Assembly (NCBI GenBank): GCA_019745775.1
Contig: JAIESR010000020.1
Location: 12,339 to 76,338 of the forward strand
Reading direction: 5' to 3'
Source: Xanthobacteraceae bacterium
GTDB lineage: Bacteria > Pseudomonadota > Alphaproteobacteria > Rhizobiales > Xanthobacteraceae
Length of the DNA: 64,000 nt
The notes under the pieces are model-generated. The model was not told the DNA's origin and did not search any database. It saw nothing but the letters and a program-made list of their open reading frames with translations. Of the stretch, positions 1 to 10,876 are shown piece by piece (positions within the stretch are counted from its first letter, which is position 1; every line of letters begins with the position of its first letter). Position numbers and translations under genes: made by a program.

Positions 1-156
1 ACGTGCCCGGCTCCGACGCCGGTGAGCTACGAGCAGCAGCCCCCGGCCTACGCTCCGCAGGCGGCCCCGGCCTACGCGCCTCCGGCGGCTCCGGCCTACG
101 CGCCTCCGGCGTATGCTCCGCAGCCTCCCGCCTACGCGCCGCAACAGGGCTCGTAA
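1..156 (+). CDS. C-terminal end of a CDS entering from upstream, with a Pro/Ala/Tyr-rich repeat tail
   Basis: Frame 1 is open from nt 1 to TAA 154-156 and reads ...PAYAPQAAPAYAPPAAPAYAPPAYAPQPPAYAPQQGS*. It is absent from the ORF track because it has no start in the window. A hairpin follows. Confidence 0.5.
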   Translation, partial: TCPAPTPVSYEQQPPAYAPQAAPAYAPPAAPAYAPPAYAPQPPAYAPQQGS

Positions 157-181
157 GTTGTCAGTCGAGGTGTTGAACGCC

Positions 182-216
182 GAGAACCCCGGGCACATCG
201 CCCGGGGTTCTTTGCT
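182..216. terminator. GC hairpin between convergent genes, likely a bidirectional intrinsic terminator
   Basis: gaaccccggg (184-193) pairs with cccggggttc (201-210) around a 7-nt loop, followed by tttgctgtt. Confidence 0.55.
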
Positions 217-236
217 GTTCGCGCTGGCAACGCTCC

Positions 237-863
237 TCAGCCCGCCAGCGCCGCCCGAATTCCGTCGATCACGAATTGCACCGCCAGCGCGGCGAGGATC
301 ACCCCGAGCAGGCGCTGGAGCACGACATTGCCGGTGACGCCGAGCAGCTTCTCGATGCGGTTCGACAGCAGGTAGACCACGAGGCAGGCCGCCATCACGG
401 CGACAATGACGCCGAACAGCACGACGAGGGCGAGCGGGTTGCCGCCGGCCTGGCCGACGAGCAGGAGGGTTGCGGTGATCGCACCCGGCCCCGCCATCAA
501 CGGGATGGCGAGCGGAAATGCTGCAATGTTGCGCACATGCTCTTCCAGCGCGTCCTCCGCCTGCTTGGACTGCCGGTCGATCCGGACCCCGAGCACCATT
601 TCCGACGCCACCAGGAACAGCAGCAGCCCGCCGGCGATGCGGAAAGCCGGCACGCCGATCCCGAGCTGCCGCAACAGCCAGTCGCCGACCAGTGCGGTAC
701 CGATGAGGATCAATCCGGCGATCGCACAGGCGCGCAGCGCGATCCGCTTGCGCACCTGTGCCGGCAGCCCGTGCGTCACCGTCAGGAAGATTGGCGCCAG
801 TCCTACCGGATCGACGACCACCAGCAGCGTCACCAGTGTGGAGACGAAATAGTCGAGAAGCAT
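237..863 (-). CDS. MarC-family (UPF0056) integral membrane protein
   Basis: ORF 237-923. The internal Met (MLLDYFVSTLVTLLVVVDPVG...) fits a MarC N-terminus. Multi-TM profile with IAGGLLLF and AFPLAIPLMAGPGAI motifs. Confidence 0.8.
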   Translation of the reverse strand: MLLDYFVSTLVTLLVVVDPVGLAPIFLTVTHGLPAQVRKRIALRACAIAGLILIGTALVGDWLLRQLGIGVPAFRIAGGLLLFLVASEMVLGVRIDRQSKQAEDALEEHVRNIAAFPLAIPLMAGPGAITATLLLVGQAGGNPLALVVLFGVIVAVMAACLVVYLLSNRIEKLLGVTGNVVLQRLLGVILAALAVQFVIDGIRAALAG

Positions 864-1046
864 TGTGCTGATTCCGCCAACCGTTCGGGTTCCCAATTCA
901 GCCGCAAACGGTGGTGCATGCAATCGCTAAGTGTGTCCTGTGACACGGCAATCGGAGCCTGGCGATCCAACCCCCGCCGCTGACATCGATAACGGCCGGC
1001 AGGTCATTGAAAAACCGTAAGAAAATCATACATTTCGCGGGCGGTT

Positions 1047-3866
<2,820 letters not shown>

Positions 3867-3895
3867 TCATCGGGTATTTGCCTGACTGATGTGAG

Positions 3896-4369
3896 GTGCT
3901 TGCTTTGCACACAAGCCGACCGCCCGACGTCGTTCCTCGCGTGCACTGGATTCTGCTCGCCCTTCTGATGGCGGCATTCCTGTTCCGGGTGGCGGCGCAA
4001 GCGATTCAGGCCCGGCACCCGGTCGCCTGGTTGCCGCCCTTCGGAGCCTGGCACTCGGCCACACTGCCGTACTGGCAGCTGCTGCTTTCGCAATTCGTCA
4101 TCCTGGCCGCGCAGCTTTGGGCGCTCGTCGCCATTTTGCGGGGCACGCACCGGCCGCGGAGATGGCTTGGGCTCACGTTGCTCGTTCTCGGAGCGGCGTA
4201 TTTCGCATTCATGCTGTTCCGGCTCATCGGCGGGCTCACGTTCCTCAGCCATGTACCGTGGTTTCAGGCGGTCCTGCCAACCGTCTTCCATCTTGTTCTG
4301 GCGAGCTTCCTACTGGTGCTGGCGGACTTTCATCTGCGTCTTGCAAAACGCAATACCTGCGCGGCGTGA
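3896..4369 (+). CDS. Hypothetical membrane protein (about 4 TM)
   Basis: 157-aa ORF with hydrophobic segments and no recognisable family. Possibly starts later, at VHWILLALL. Confidence 0.45.
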   Translation: MLALHTSRPPDVVPRVHWILLALLMAAFLFRVAAQAIQARHPVAWLPPFGAWHSATLPYWQLLLSQFVILAAQLWALVAILRGTHRPRRWLGLTLLVLGAAYFAFMLFRLIGGLTFLSHVPWFQAVLPTVFHLVLASFLLVLADFHLRLAKRNTCAA

Positions 4370-4385
4370 TCGCGTCGCCTTGTTC

Positions 4386-4434
4386 GAGCATGATCTTTTC
4401 CGAAAACCGGTCGCCACTTTTCGGGATCAAGCTC
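4386..4434. repeat. REP-type palindromic element between convergent genes
   Basis: gagcatgatc...ccgaaaa-N11-ttttcgg...gatcaagctc nested hairpin. It gives the spurious peptides DLFRKPVATFRDQAL and MIFSENRSPLFGIKLY, which I recall as typical of Bradyrhizobiaceae REP copies. It overlaps the stop codon of the enolase-family gene. Confidence 0.6.
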
Positions 4435-5525
4435 TATTGGCAAGCGTTTTCGACTTCGGCGGTGGGGGTGAGGCCGAGGCCCGCGCGCGGGCGGCGATCA
4501 AGGTGGACGCGGCCGCCATACCCGAAGCCGATCGACGGCGTCACCGCGTCGCGTACCAGCAGGCGCGTTCCGAACGCACCTTCAAATGCGACCAGATCCG
4601 ATCCCGCGGCCCGCGCGGCTACGATGCCTGCGCGCGCCAGGATGCTGGTTTCGCCGACCTGCGCCCCGATGATGACCTTCATGCCGCGCGTGCGCGCCGC
4701 ATTGATGATCGCGATTGTGCGCAACAGGCCGCCTTGTTTCGAGACGCGCGCGTTGAGCACATAGGTGGCGCCGCTATGGAGCGCCGCGAGATCGTCGATC
4801 CGCGTGCCGCTCTCGTCGAGGATAACCGACATGCCGGTTGCCGCGCCGATGGCGGCAAGTCCCTTCCAGTCGCGCGACGCGATCGGCTCTTCCACCGCCC
4901 AGGCGCAACCATTCAACGGCCTGAGGGCGGCAATGGCGGCATCCACGGAATCCCAGAGATTGTTGGCGTCGAGCCGCAGGGGGCCGAACCGAGAGAGGAG
5001 ACGCGCGCGGGAGCGGTCGCGCCCGCCATCGCCGGTGACCTTGAGCTTGGCGGTGCGCATTCCGTTGAGGTTGAACAGGGCAGCGTGGACGACGAATTTT
5101 GCGAAGCTGCCGGCGCTGTAGATGGCGCTCGTCCTCAGATCGATGTCGCTTACCTCGATGCCGAGCAGCTGCTCGACGGTCTGGCCGGCCTGCCGCGCGA
5201 ACAGATCGATGAGCGCGATTTCGACGGCGGCAAAGGCGCTCGGATTGACGTCAATATCGGCACGGTTGCGTTCCATCCATGCGGTCAGCGCCGCCACATC
5301 GGAGGTCGCCTCGATGCCGCCCTGCCGCCAGCGCGCGATCGCCGCCATAGCGGTCGCGACGGTTTCGCCGGTGACGTAGGAGCGCGGACAGCCTTCGCCT
5401 AGGCCGTACTGGCCGGCGGCACCTTCAGCAATCACGATCACGTTTTCGGCGCGATCGCGCACCGCCGATGCGTGCTCAAAGCTGCCGCGAAACGGGAACG
5501 GGCAGCTAGCGAGGCGCAGCTTCAT
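4434..5525 (-). CDS. Enolase-superfamily enzyme, MLE subgroup (dipeptide epimerase or N-acyl-amino-acid racemase-like)
   Basis: KxK motif (AKLKV), metal ligands in LRLDAN, VEEP and ILDES, and a second catalytic Lys in ARVSKQGG. The start overlaps the GH3 stop by 20 nt. Confidence 0.8.
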   Translation of the reverse strand: MKLRLASCPFPFRGSFEHASAVRDRAENVIVIAEGAAGQYGLGEGCPRSYVTGETVATAMAAIARWRQGGIEATSDVAALTAWMERNRADIDVNPSAFAAVEIALIDLFARQAGQTVEQLLGIEVSDIDLRTSAIYSAGSFAKFVVHAALFNLNGMRTAKLKVTGDGGRDRSRARLLSRFGPLRLDANNLWDSVDAAIAALRPLNGCAWAVEEPIASRDWKGLAAIGAATGMSVILDESGTRIDDLAALHSGATYVLNARVSKQGGLLRTIAIINAARTRGMKVIIGAQVGETSILARAGIVAARAAGSDLVAFEGAFGTRLLVRDAVTPSIGFGYGGRVHLDRRPRAGLGLTPTAEVENACQ

Positions 5526-7203
5526 CGGCCGGCTCGCGGATCAGATGCGGCGTGACGTCGAAATCGAACTCGTCGGCGTTCTGCAGCGTCAGTACCTTGA
5601 ATTGCGCTTCGCGCTGGCCCTTGCCGACGCAATGGCGGCGATAGGCTCGTTCGGCTCCGTCTGCCAGCGTCACCAAGCGTAACGGCTTGAGCCGGCCGCT
5701 GCCGCGCTTGGAATCGTATTCGATATTAAGCTTGCGCAGCGCCTGATCGAGCGGGCCGGCGAGCGTCTCGAACGCTCCCCGGTTGGCCTGTCCGGTCTCG
5801 ATATAAGCGGAATAGCCGGCCGCCGCCGCATCGGCGACGAGAACATAAAACGGCGTGCGCAGGCCCGCCTCCGTCAGCAAACCGGCCATCGCAAGATTGA
5901 CCTGATCCTCGGCGAGCTTCTCGCCGGTGATGTTGGTGACACCGCGGCCCTTGCGCACGAAGGCGAGGGTCGCCGTCGCGCCGACCTTGCCGGTGACGCG
6001 CAAGACATCATTCATGTGATAGCGCACGAGGCCGCCCAGTGTCGTGACGATGACGTGGTAGTCGCGGCCTTCGCCGAGCTCGTGCAGCAACAGGGTGTCG
6101 CGTTCGCCCGCATTCCAGTCGTCGACCGGAACGAACTCGAAAAACACGCTGTGGAGCAACGGCACGGCGAGATTCCGCTCCGCGTCGACAACGACGGTGC
6201 CGTGCACCTCGCTTGCGACGTAGCCGGCGTCGATCATGTGAGCATCGGGCGGCAGCTTCTGGCGCACGGCCGCAGCGGCGACGGCGCATCCACCGCCGAG
6301 CCACGTCATGACCGAACGCAGACCCGGCCACACGTCGCCGATCGTCAAGGTCTCGCCACGCGGGATCAAGCCTTTGAGATGCTGCGCTCGTTCCGGCGTG
6401 GCTTGAAGTACCGCCACCGTCGCCGCCTGGTCCGGGGGCAGTTTCGCCGCAAGGCTCGAGCCGCCGTGCAGGACCTCATCGGCGATGCGCGGCAGGCCGT
6501 TCCCGATCTCGTGCAGCAAGCGCAGGATGGTCGAGGGATTGGCGGTGGCGATCATGCTGATGTCGCCGTATTGCGCAGCGATCCGCGCCATGACGGCGTA
6601 GCGCAGCTCGTAGTCCTCGATCTCGAACACCTGTGCCGGCAGCACGTATTTGGCGCGGATGAGTGGCGAGGTGCTTTGGTAGATGAGGCCGGTGGTCGCC
6701 CCGGTCGGCGTTCCATCGGGCAACGTCTCCTCGCGAACGGCTCCGGCAAGCGCGAGCACACGACCGCGGAATGCACCAAAGCTGCGATGCTGCACATAGG
6801 CCACCGCGCGCTGGGCCCGCCGTAGACTGCGAACGGTGCCATGGGTGACGGGAATGAGCTTTGGCTTGCCAGTCGTGCCGCTGGTGCGGGCGTACATGGG
6901 CGGTCGCTCGGGCGTGACGACCGGCCGTCCGGTCGCGATCTGGAGGTCGATGTGGGGACGCATTGCCTCGTAGTCGTGAATGGGAACCGCGCGGCGGAAT
7001 TCATCGGCATTGCCGATGTCGGCGTAGCCGAACGAACGGCCGAGCTCGGTCTCTCGCAGCGACCGCAAGATGGCACGCAACGCACGCTGCTGCGCCTCCT
7101 GCGGGCTTTCGGCTGCCGCCATCAGTTGTCGAAAGATGGTGCGACCTACCGTCTCCATGCCGATGGCGAATACCGCGTTCGCAATGGCCTCACGTAGGAT
7201 CAT
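5506..7203 (-). CDS. GH3-family acyl-acid amido synthetase-like protein
   Basis: FRRAVPIHDYEAMRPHI and the nucleotide-binding motif TSGTTGKPKLIPVT are typical of Pfam GH3. I chose the start at the internal ATG 7203 (MILREAIANAV). The longer ORF to 7359 would lie inside the upstream gene. Confidence 0.8.
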   Translation of the reverse strand: MILREAIANAVFAIGMETVGRTIFRQLMAAAESPQEAQQRALRAILRSLRETELGRSFGYADIGNADEFRRAVPIHDYEAMRPHIDLQIATGRPVVTPERPPMYARTSGTTGKPKLIPVTHGTVRSLRRAQRAVAYVQHRSFGAFRGRVLALAGAVREETLPDGTPTGATTGLIYQSTSPLIRAKYVLPAQVFEIEDYELRYAVMARIAAQYGDISMIATANPSTILRLLHEIGNGLPRIADEVLHGGSSLAAKLPPDQAATVAVLQATPERAQHLKGLIPRGETLTIGDVWPGLRSVMTWLGGGCAVAAAAVRQKLPPDAHMIDAGYVASEVHGTVVVDAERNLAVPLLHSVFFEFVPVDDWNAGERDTLLLHELGEGRDYHVIVTTLGGLVRYHMNDVLRVTGKVGATATLAFVRKGRGVTNITGEKLAEDQVNLAMAGLLTEAGLRTPFYVLVADAAAAGYSAYIETGQANRGAFETLAGPLDQALRKLNIEYDSKRGSGRLKPLRLVTLADGAERAYRRHCVGKGQREAQFKVLTLQNADEFDFDVTPHLIREPADEAAPR

Positions 7204-8170
7204 CGGATGCGACCGGGCGTGAGCGGAACGGCGCCATGAGCTGTCCGAGGAAACGGCGAGGGTAGTTCCGCTCGACGAGACCCAGGCTATCGACCTGACG
7301 GTCGCGCGGCCGGAAATAAGTGCCGAACAACAGATCCCAGATGACAAAGCTGTGCGCATAGTTGGCGTTCGATTCGGAGAGCTTCACCGAATGGTGCCAG
7401 CGATGCACCTCTGGTCCGCTGATCATGTAGTTGAACCAGCCAAGCCGCACGTCGCAATTGGAGTGCTGGAACAATCCGCTCATCGAATAGAACACGAAAT
7501 AATAGGCGAGCACTTCAGTGCCGATGCCGACTAGTAGGAACGGCAGCGTGTCGAGCATGAACTGAAGTGACTTCTCGGCTGGATGAAAACGGAACACATT
7601 GGTCGTGTAGAGCTTCTCCGGCTGATGATGCACGGCATGCAGTCGCCAGAGCGGTGTCCAGGTGTGCGCAGCGCGATGCAACCAATAGCGCAGGAAGTCG
7701 CCGATCATGATCTTGAGAATGAGCTGCGCCCAGATCGGCAAGTGGGATGGCCAGATGTTGATGAGTGCGACTTCACCAGCGGCATAGGTGCTGACCGCCC
7801 AGACGACAGTCCAGGCGAGCGCGAGCGGCAGGAGGATCTGCACGGTCGTGAGATAAAGACCGTCGTCCACCACGTCGCGCCAGGATGCGTGCCATTCGGT
7901 GCGATAGGGAAGCGCGCGCTCGGCCAGAATTACGAGCGGGCCCGCGATTGCGATCACCGCATATGGCGCCCACGCCAGCGAGGCGCCAAGATGCAGCATC
8001 GTCCATAGCAACAGCAGCGAACCGCCGACCAGCACGGGATAAACGATCCAGCGGGCAATTGTCTTGACGAGACCGGCGGGAACGTCTTTGCCGGGCACGG
8101 TAGGGCTGACGTTGTCGCTGATCGGTTCGCGCGCTGCCAAGGCCGGTTTCCGAGAGTTACCAGCCTGCAC
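7190..8170 (-). CDS. Fatty acid hydroxylase / sterol desaturase superfamily membrane protein
   Basis: His boxes HRAAH, HAVHH and HRWHH, with N-terminal TM segments. GTG start. The stop overlaps the GH3 start by 14 nt. Confidence 0.8.
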   Translation of the reverse strand: MQAGNSRKPALAAREPISDNVSPTVPGKDVPAGLVKTIARWIVYPVLVGGSLLLLWTMLHLGASLAWAPYAVIAIAGPLVILAERALPYRTEWHASWRDVVDDGLYLTTVQILLPLALAWTVVWAVSTYAAGEVALINIWPSHLPIWAQLILKIMIGDFLRYWLHRAAHTWTPLWRLHAVHHQPEKLYTTNVFRFHPAEKSLQFMLDTLPFLLVGIGTEVLAYYFVFYSMSGLFQHSNCDVRLGWFNYMISGPEVHRWHHSVKLSESNANYAHSFVIWDLLFGTYFRPRDRQVDSLGLVERNYPRRFLGQLMAPFRSRPVASDDPT

Positions 8171-8237
8171 GTTCAGGCCGGTAGATCAATTCGTGTTCCA
8201 TAACTGCGCGCCCACGGTTACAGATCAAATCTTGATG

Positions 8238-8254
8238 TTAGGTTGTCAACTTAA
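8238..8254. promoter_or_regulatory. 17-bp near-perfect palindrome in an AT-rich divergent promoter region
   Basis: ttaGgttgTcaacTtaa (one mismatched pair), with an adjacent atcaa-atc-ttgat dyad at 8223-8235. It lies between the hydroxylase operon (-) and the CocE/NonD gene (+). Confidence 0.3.
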
Positions 8255-8292
8255 CTTAACGCCATGAGTCGGACCAAACGCAGGCGGGTTTC

Positions 8293-10041
8293 GTGAAAAA
8301 ATGGCTGCTAATGGGCCTGTTCTCGTTGCTCAGCGCTTTCGGCTGGCTCTACGCCGCCCGTTACGAGGTGGCCGGCTGGGCCTTTCTTCCTTTTGATGGT
8401 ATCAGGCCGGCTGAGCATCGCGTCTGCGTCGAGCATGGCGTCGCGACGACGGCCCCGGATGGGGTGGTGCTGCGGGCCGACGTCCACCGGCCCTGCGCGC
8501 TCACGAAAGCCCCGACGATCCTGGTGCGGATTCCATTCAGCCGCGGATTGAAGAACGAACTTGGTGCCGGTGCGCTTGCCCATTACTGGGCGGCGCGCGG
8601 CTACAACACGGTCATCCAGGGAACGCGCGGCCGTTACAAGTCCGGCGGAACATACTATCCGCTGCGCAACGAGCGCGCCGACGGCATCGCGACGCTCGAG
8701 TGGCTCAAGCGCCAGCCGTGGTTCGACGGCCGGCTCGCGACCTGGGGCGCTTCCGCGTACGGGTACACGCAATGGGCCATTTCGGATCAGAACGATCTGC
8801 GCGCGCTCAATATCCAGATCGCGAGTTCGCGTTTTGGCGCGATGTTTCACCAGGGCGGAGCCTTTGCGCTCGAGTCGGCACTCTATTGGGCGCTCTACAG
8901 CCGCGGCGCGGTCGATGTCGTGCCGAGCGTCGAGATGATCGATCGTGGCGTCCGCGGCTGGCCGCTGATTGAGGCTGACGACCGTAGCGCGGAGAACGTC
9001 GCGTTTTTCGACGATTGGCTCACGCACACGCCGAGCGATGACTATTGGCGAGAGATCGACGGCATCGACCGGGCGCGCAAGATCGTGGCGCCCGTACTCC
9101 TGATGGCGGGCTGGCTCGATCCGTTCCTGCCCACGCAATTGCAGGATTTCGTCACCATCCGCCGCGAGGCGGCGCCGCATGTCGCGGCCGGAAGCCGCCT
9201 GATCGTCGGCCCCTGGACGCATGCCGACACCATCCGTTTTCCCGACGGCACGACACCGGGCGACTATCGGTCCGCCACGGTGGCACCGAGCATTCCGTGG
9301 TTCGATCACCACCTGCAGGGTCGTCCGCTCGCAGCGTCGCTGACGGCGCCGGTCCAGATCTATGTCATGGGCGAGAACGTGTGGCGCGCCGAGCAGGAGT
9401 GGCCGGTTGCACGCGCCAAGCCGACGGCGTACTACCTTGCAAGCCCGGCCGCTGGCGGGGCGGATCGCAAGGCCGGCCGCTTGCTCATCGAAGCGCCCAA
9501 ACAGGCCGAGCCGCCGGCCACATATATCTACGATCCCAACAATCCGGTGCCGACCCGTGGCGGCGCCATGCTCGGATGGCGCGCGGGCATCAAGGAGCAG
9601 AGCGACGTCGAGGCGCGAGCGGACGTGCTCTTGTTCACCAGCGACCCGTTGCCAGCCGAGCTCGAAGTGACCGGGCCGGTGTCAGCCGTGCTTCATGTCG
9701 GCACCAGCGCGCGCAACACCGACTTCACCGTCAAGCTCGTCGATGTGCATCCGGATGGAAAGGCCTACAACGTCACCGACGGAATCATGCGGCGCAGCTA
9801 TCCGGCGGGCGCACCGTCGGCCACCGAGATCACGGTCGAGCTGGCGCCGACCAGCATGCTCTTCCGTATCGGTCACCGGCTACGGGTCGAAGTATCGAGC
9901 AGCAATTTCCCGCGCTTCGACCGCAATCCCAACACCGGCGGCGACATCGCGCGCGAGACGAAGCCGATCGTCGCAAACCAGACGTTGTTCCTCGGGCGCG
10001 GCGTGCCGTCACGGATCATCCTGCCGATCGTGCCGCGATGA
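8293..10041 (+). CDS. CocE/NonD-family hydrolase (S15 X-Pro dipeptidyl-peptidase-like)
   Basis: 582 aa. N-terminal alpha/beta hydrolase region (GTRGRYKSGG..., WGASAYGYTQW nucleophile elbow) and a C-terminal beta-sandwich with NFPRFDRNPNTG. GTG start. Confidence 0.8.
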   Translation: MKKWLLMGLFSLLSAFGWLYAARYEVAGWAFLPFDGIRPAEHRVCVEHGVATTAPDGVVLRADVHRPCALTKAPTILVRIPFSRGLKNELGAGALAHYWAARGYNTVIQGTRGRYKSGGTYYPLRNERADGIATLEWLKRQPWFDGRLATWGASAYGYTQWAISDQNDLRALNIQIASSRFGAMFHQGGAFALESALYWALYSRGAVDVVPSVEMIDRGVRGWPLIEADDRSAENVAFFDDWLTHTPSDDYWREIDGIDRARKIVAPVLLMAGWLDPFLPTQLQDFVTIRREAAPHVAAGSRLIVGPWTHADTIRFPDGTTPGDYRSATVAPSIPWFDHHLQGRPLAASLTAPVQIYVMGENVWRAEQEWPVARAKPTAYYLASPAAGGADRKAGRLLIEAPKQAEPPATYIYDPNNPVPTRGGAMLGWRAGIKEQSDVEARADVLLFTSDPLPAELEVTGPVSAVLHVGTSARNTDFTVKLVDVHPDGKAYNVTDGIMRRSYPAGAPSATEITVELAPTSMLFRIGHRLRVEVSSSNFPRFDRNPNTGGDIARETKPIVANQTLFLGRGVPSRIILPIVPR

Positions 10042-10132
10042 ACACGTTGCGGATTAAGGTGCACTTGTGCATCAATCGCGAACGGTTTGGTCTTGAGCCT
10101 TTCGCCAACAAGTCCTGTCTGAAAGTACAAGC

Positions 10133-10582
10133 ATGTCCGCCGACACGCCATCCGTTCCGCCCCCAGCGCCGCCGCCGCCCATCCCGCACGGGGCACCGAT
10201 CCCGCTGGAACTGGCGAAGCGCATTGCTGCCGCGGCGGAAGCCGAAGCGCGCAAGCAGGGCTGGCCGATGGCCATCGCGATCGCGGAGCCGACCGGCGCG
10301 CTGGTCTATTTCGTCAAGATGGACAACGTGCAGTACGCGTCGATCGACCTCGCCATCGTCAAAGCCAAGACCGCGGCGATCTATCGCCGGCCGACCAGGA
10401 TGTTCACCGAGGCGCTCGGCAACGGGCACCTGATGTTCCTGACGTTTCCGGATTTGTGCGCGGCGCCCGGCGGCCTGCCGCTGGTCGCCGACGGCAAGCT
10501 GATCGGTGCGATCGGCGTCAGCGGCGGCGCCGGCCACCAGGACGACGTCGTGGCGCAGGCGGGCGTGACCGCAATCGCCTGA
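10133..10582 (+). CDS. GlcG/HbpS-like (DUF336) haem-binding-type protein
   Basis: AIAIAEPTGALVYFVKMD...KAKTAA...GGLPLVADGKLIGAIGVSGG is a typical GlcG signature. Confidence 0.8.
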   Translation: MSADTPSVPPPAPPPPIPHGAPIPLELAKRIAAAAEAEARKQGWPMAIAIAEPTGALVYFVKMDNVQYASIDLAIVKAKTAAIYRRPTRMFTEALGNGHLMFLTFPDLCAAPGGLPLVADGKLIGAIGVSGGAGHQDDVVAQAGVTAIA

Positions 10583-10876
10583 TCTGAAGCCATTGTCATC
10601 CCCCTGACGTCAGTTTGCCATACTCTTGGCGCCTCATGCGTCGCCGGGTCCGACTGGGATTTTCCCCAACTGCTGCCGCTGCCGCCGGTGAAGACCGCAA
10701 GGACGGTCACCATCACAAATCTTTGCCGCCAAGCTCTTTAGTCTTGGCGACGGTATGACACGCGTCGATTGAGCGCGCCCATGCTGGTTAGGGCGAGGCT
10801 GGTTGAACGCCGGATGGGGCGAGCAGGCTACCAACTTGGAAAGCGTAGATGGACCTCAACCTCAGTGAGGCAAACC

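Noticed and set aside
276-983. Long ORFs antisense to or overlapping well-supported genes. Examples: 276-983(+), 2226-3347(-), 8308-9312(-), 19626-21161(-), 22003-23127(-), 25569-27041(-), 26957-28645(-), 28684-29796(-), 50712-52139(-), 54833-55492(-).
   Set aside because: They are typical stop-codon-poor alternative frames of a 65% GC genome. Their translations are Arg/Ala/Gly/Pro-rich with no family motifs, and each lies inside a gene with clear homology-type signatures.
7204-7359. The 52-codon N-terminal extension of the GH3 ORF.
   Set aside because: It lies entirely within the 3' end of the hydroxylase gene. The GH3-like sequence starts only at the internal ATG 7203, and a 14-nt overlap is a normal coupling arrangement.
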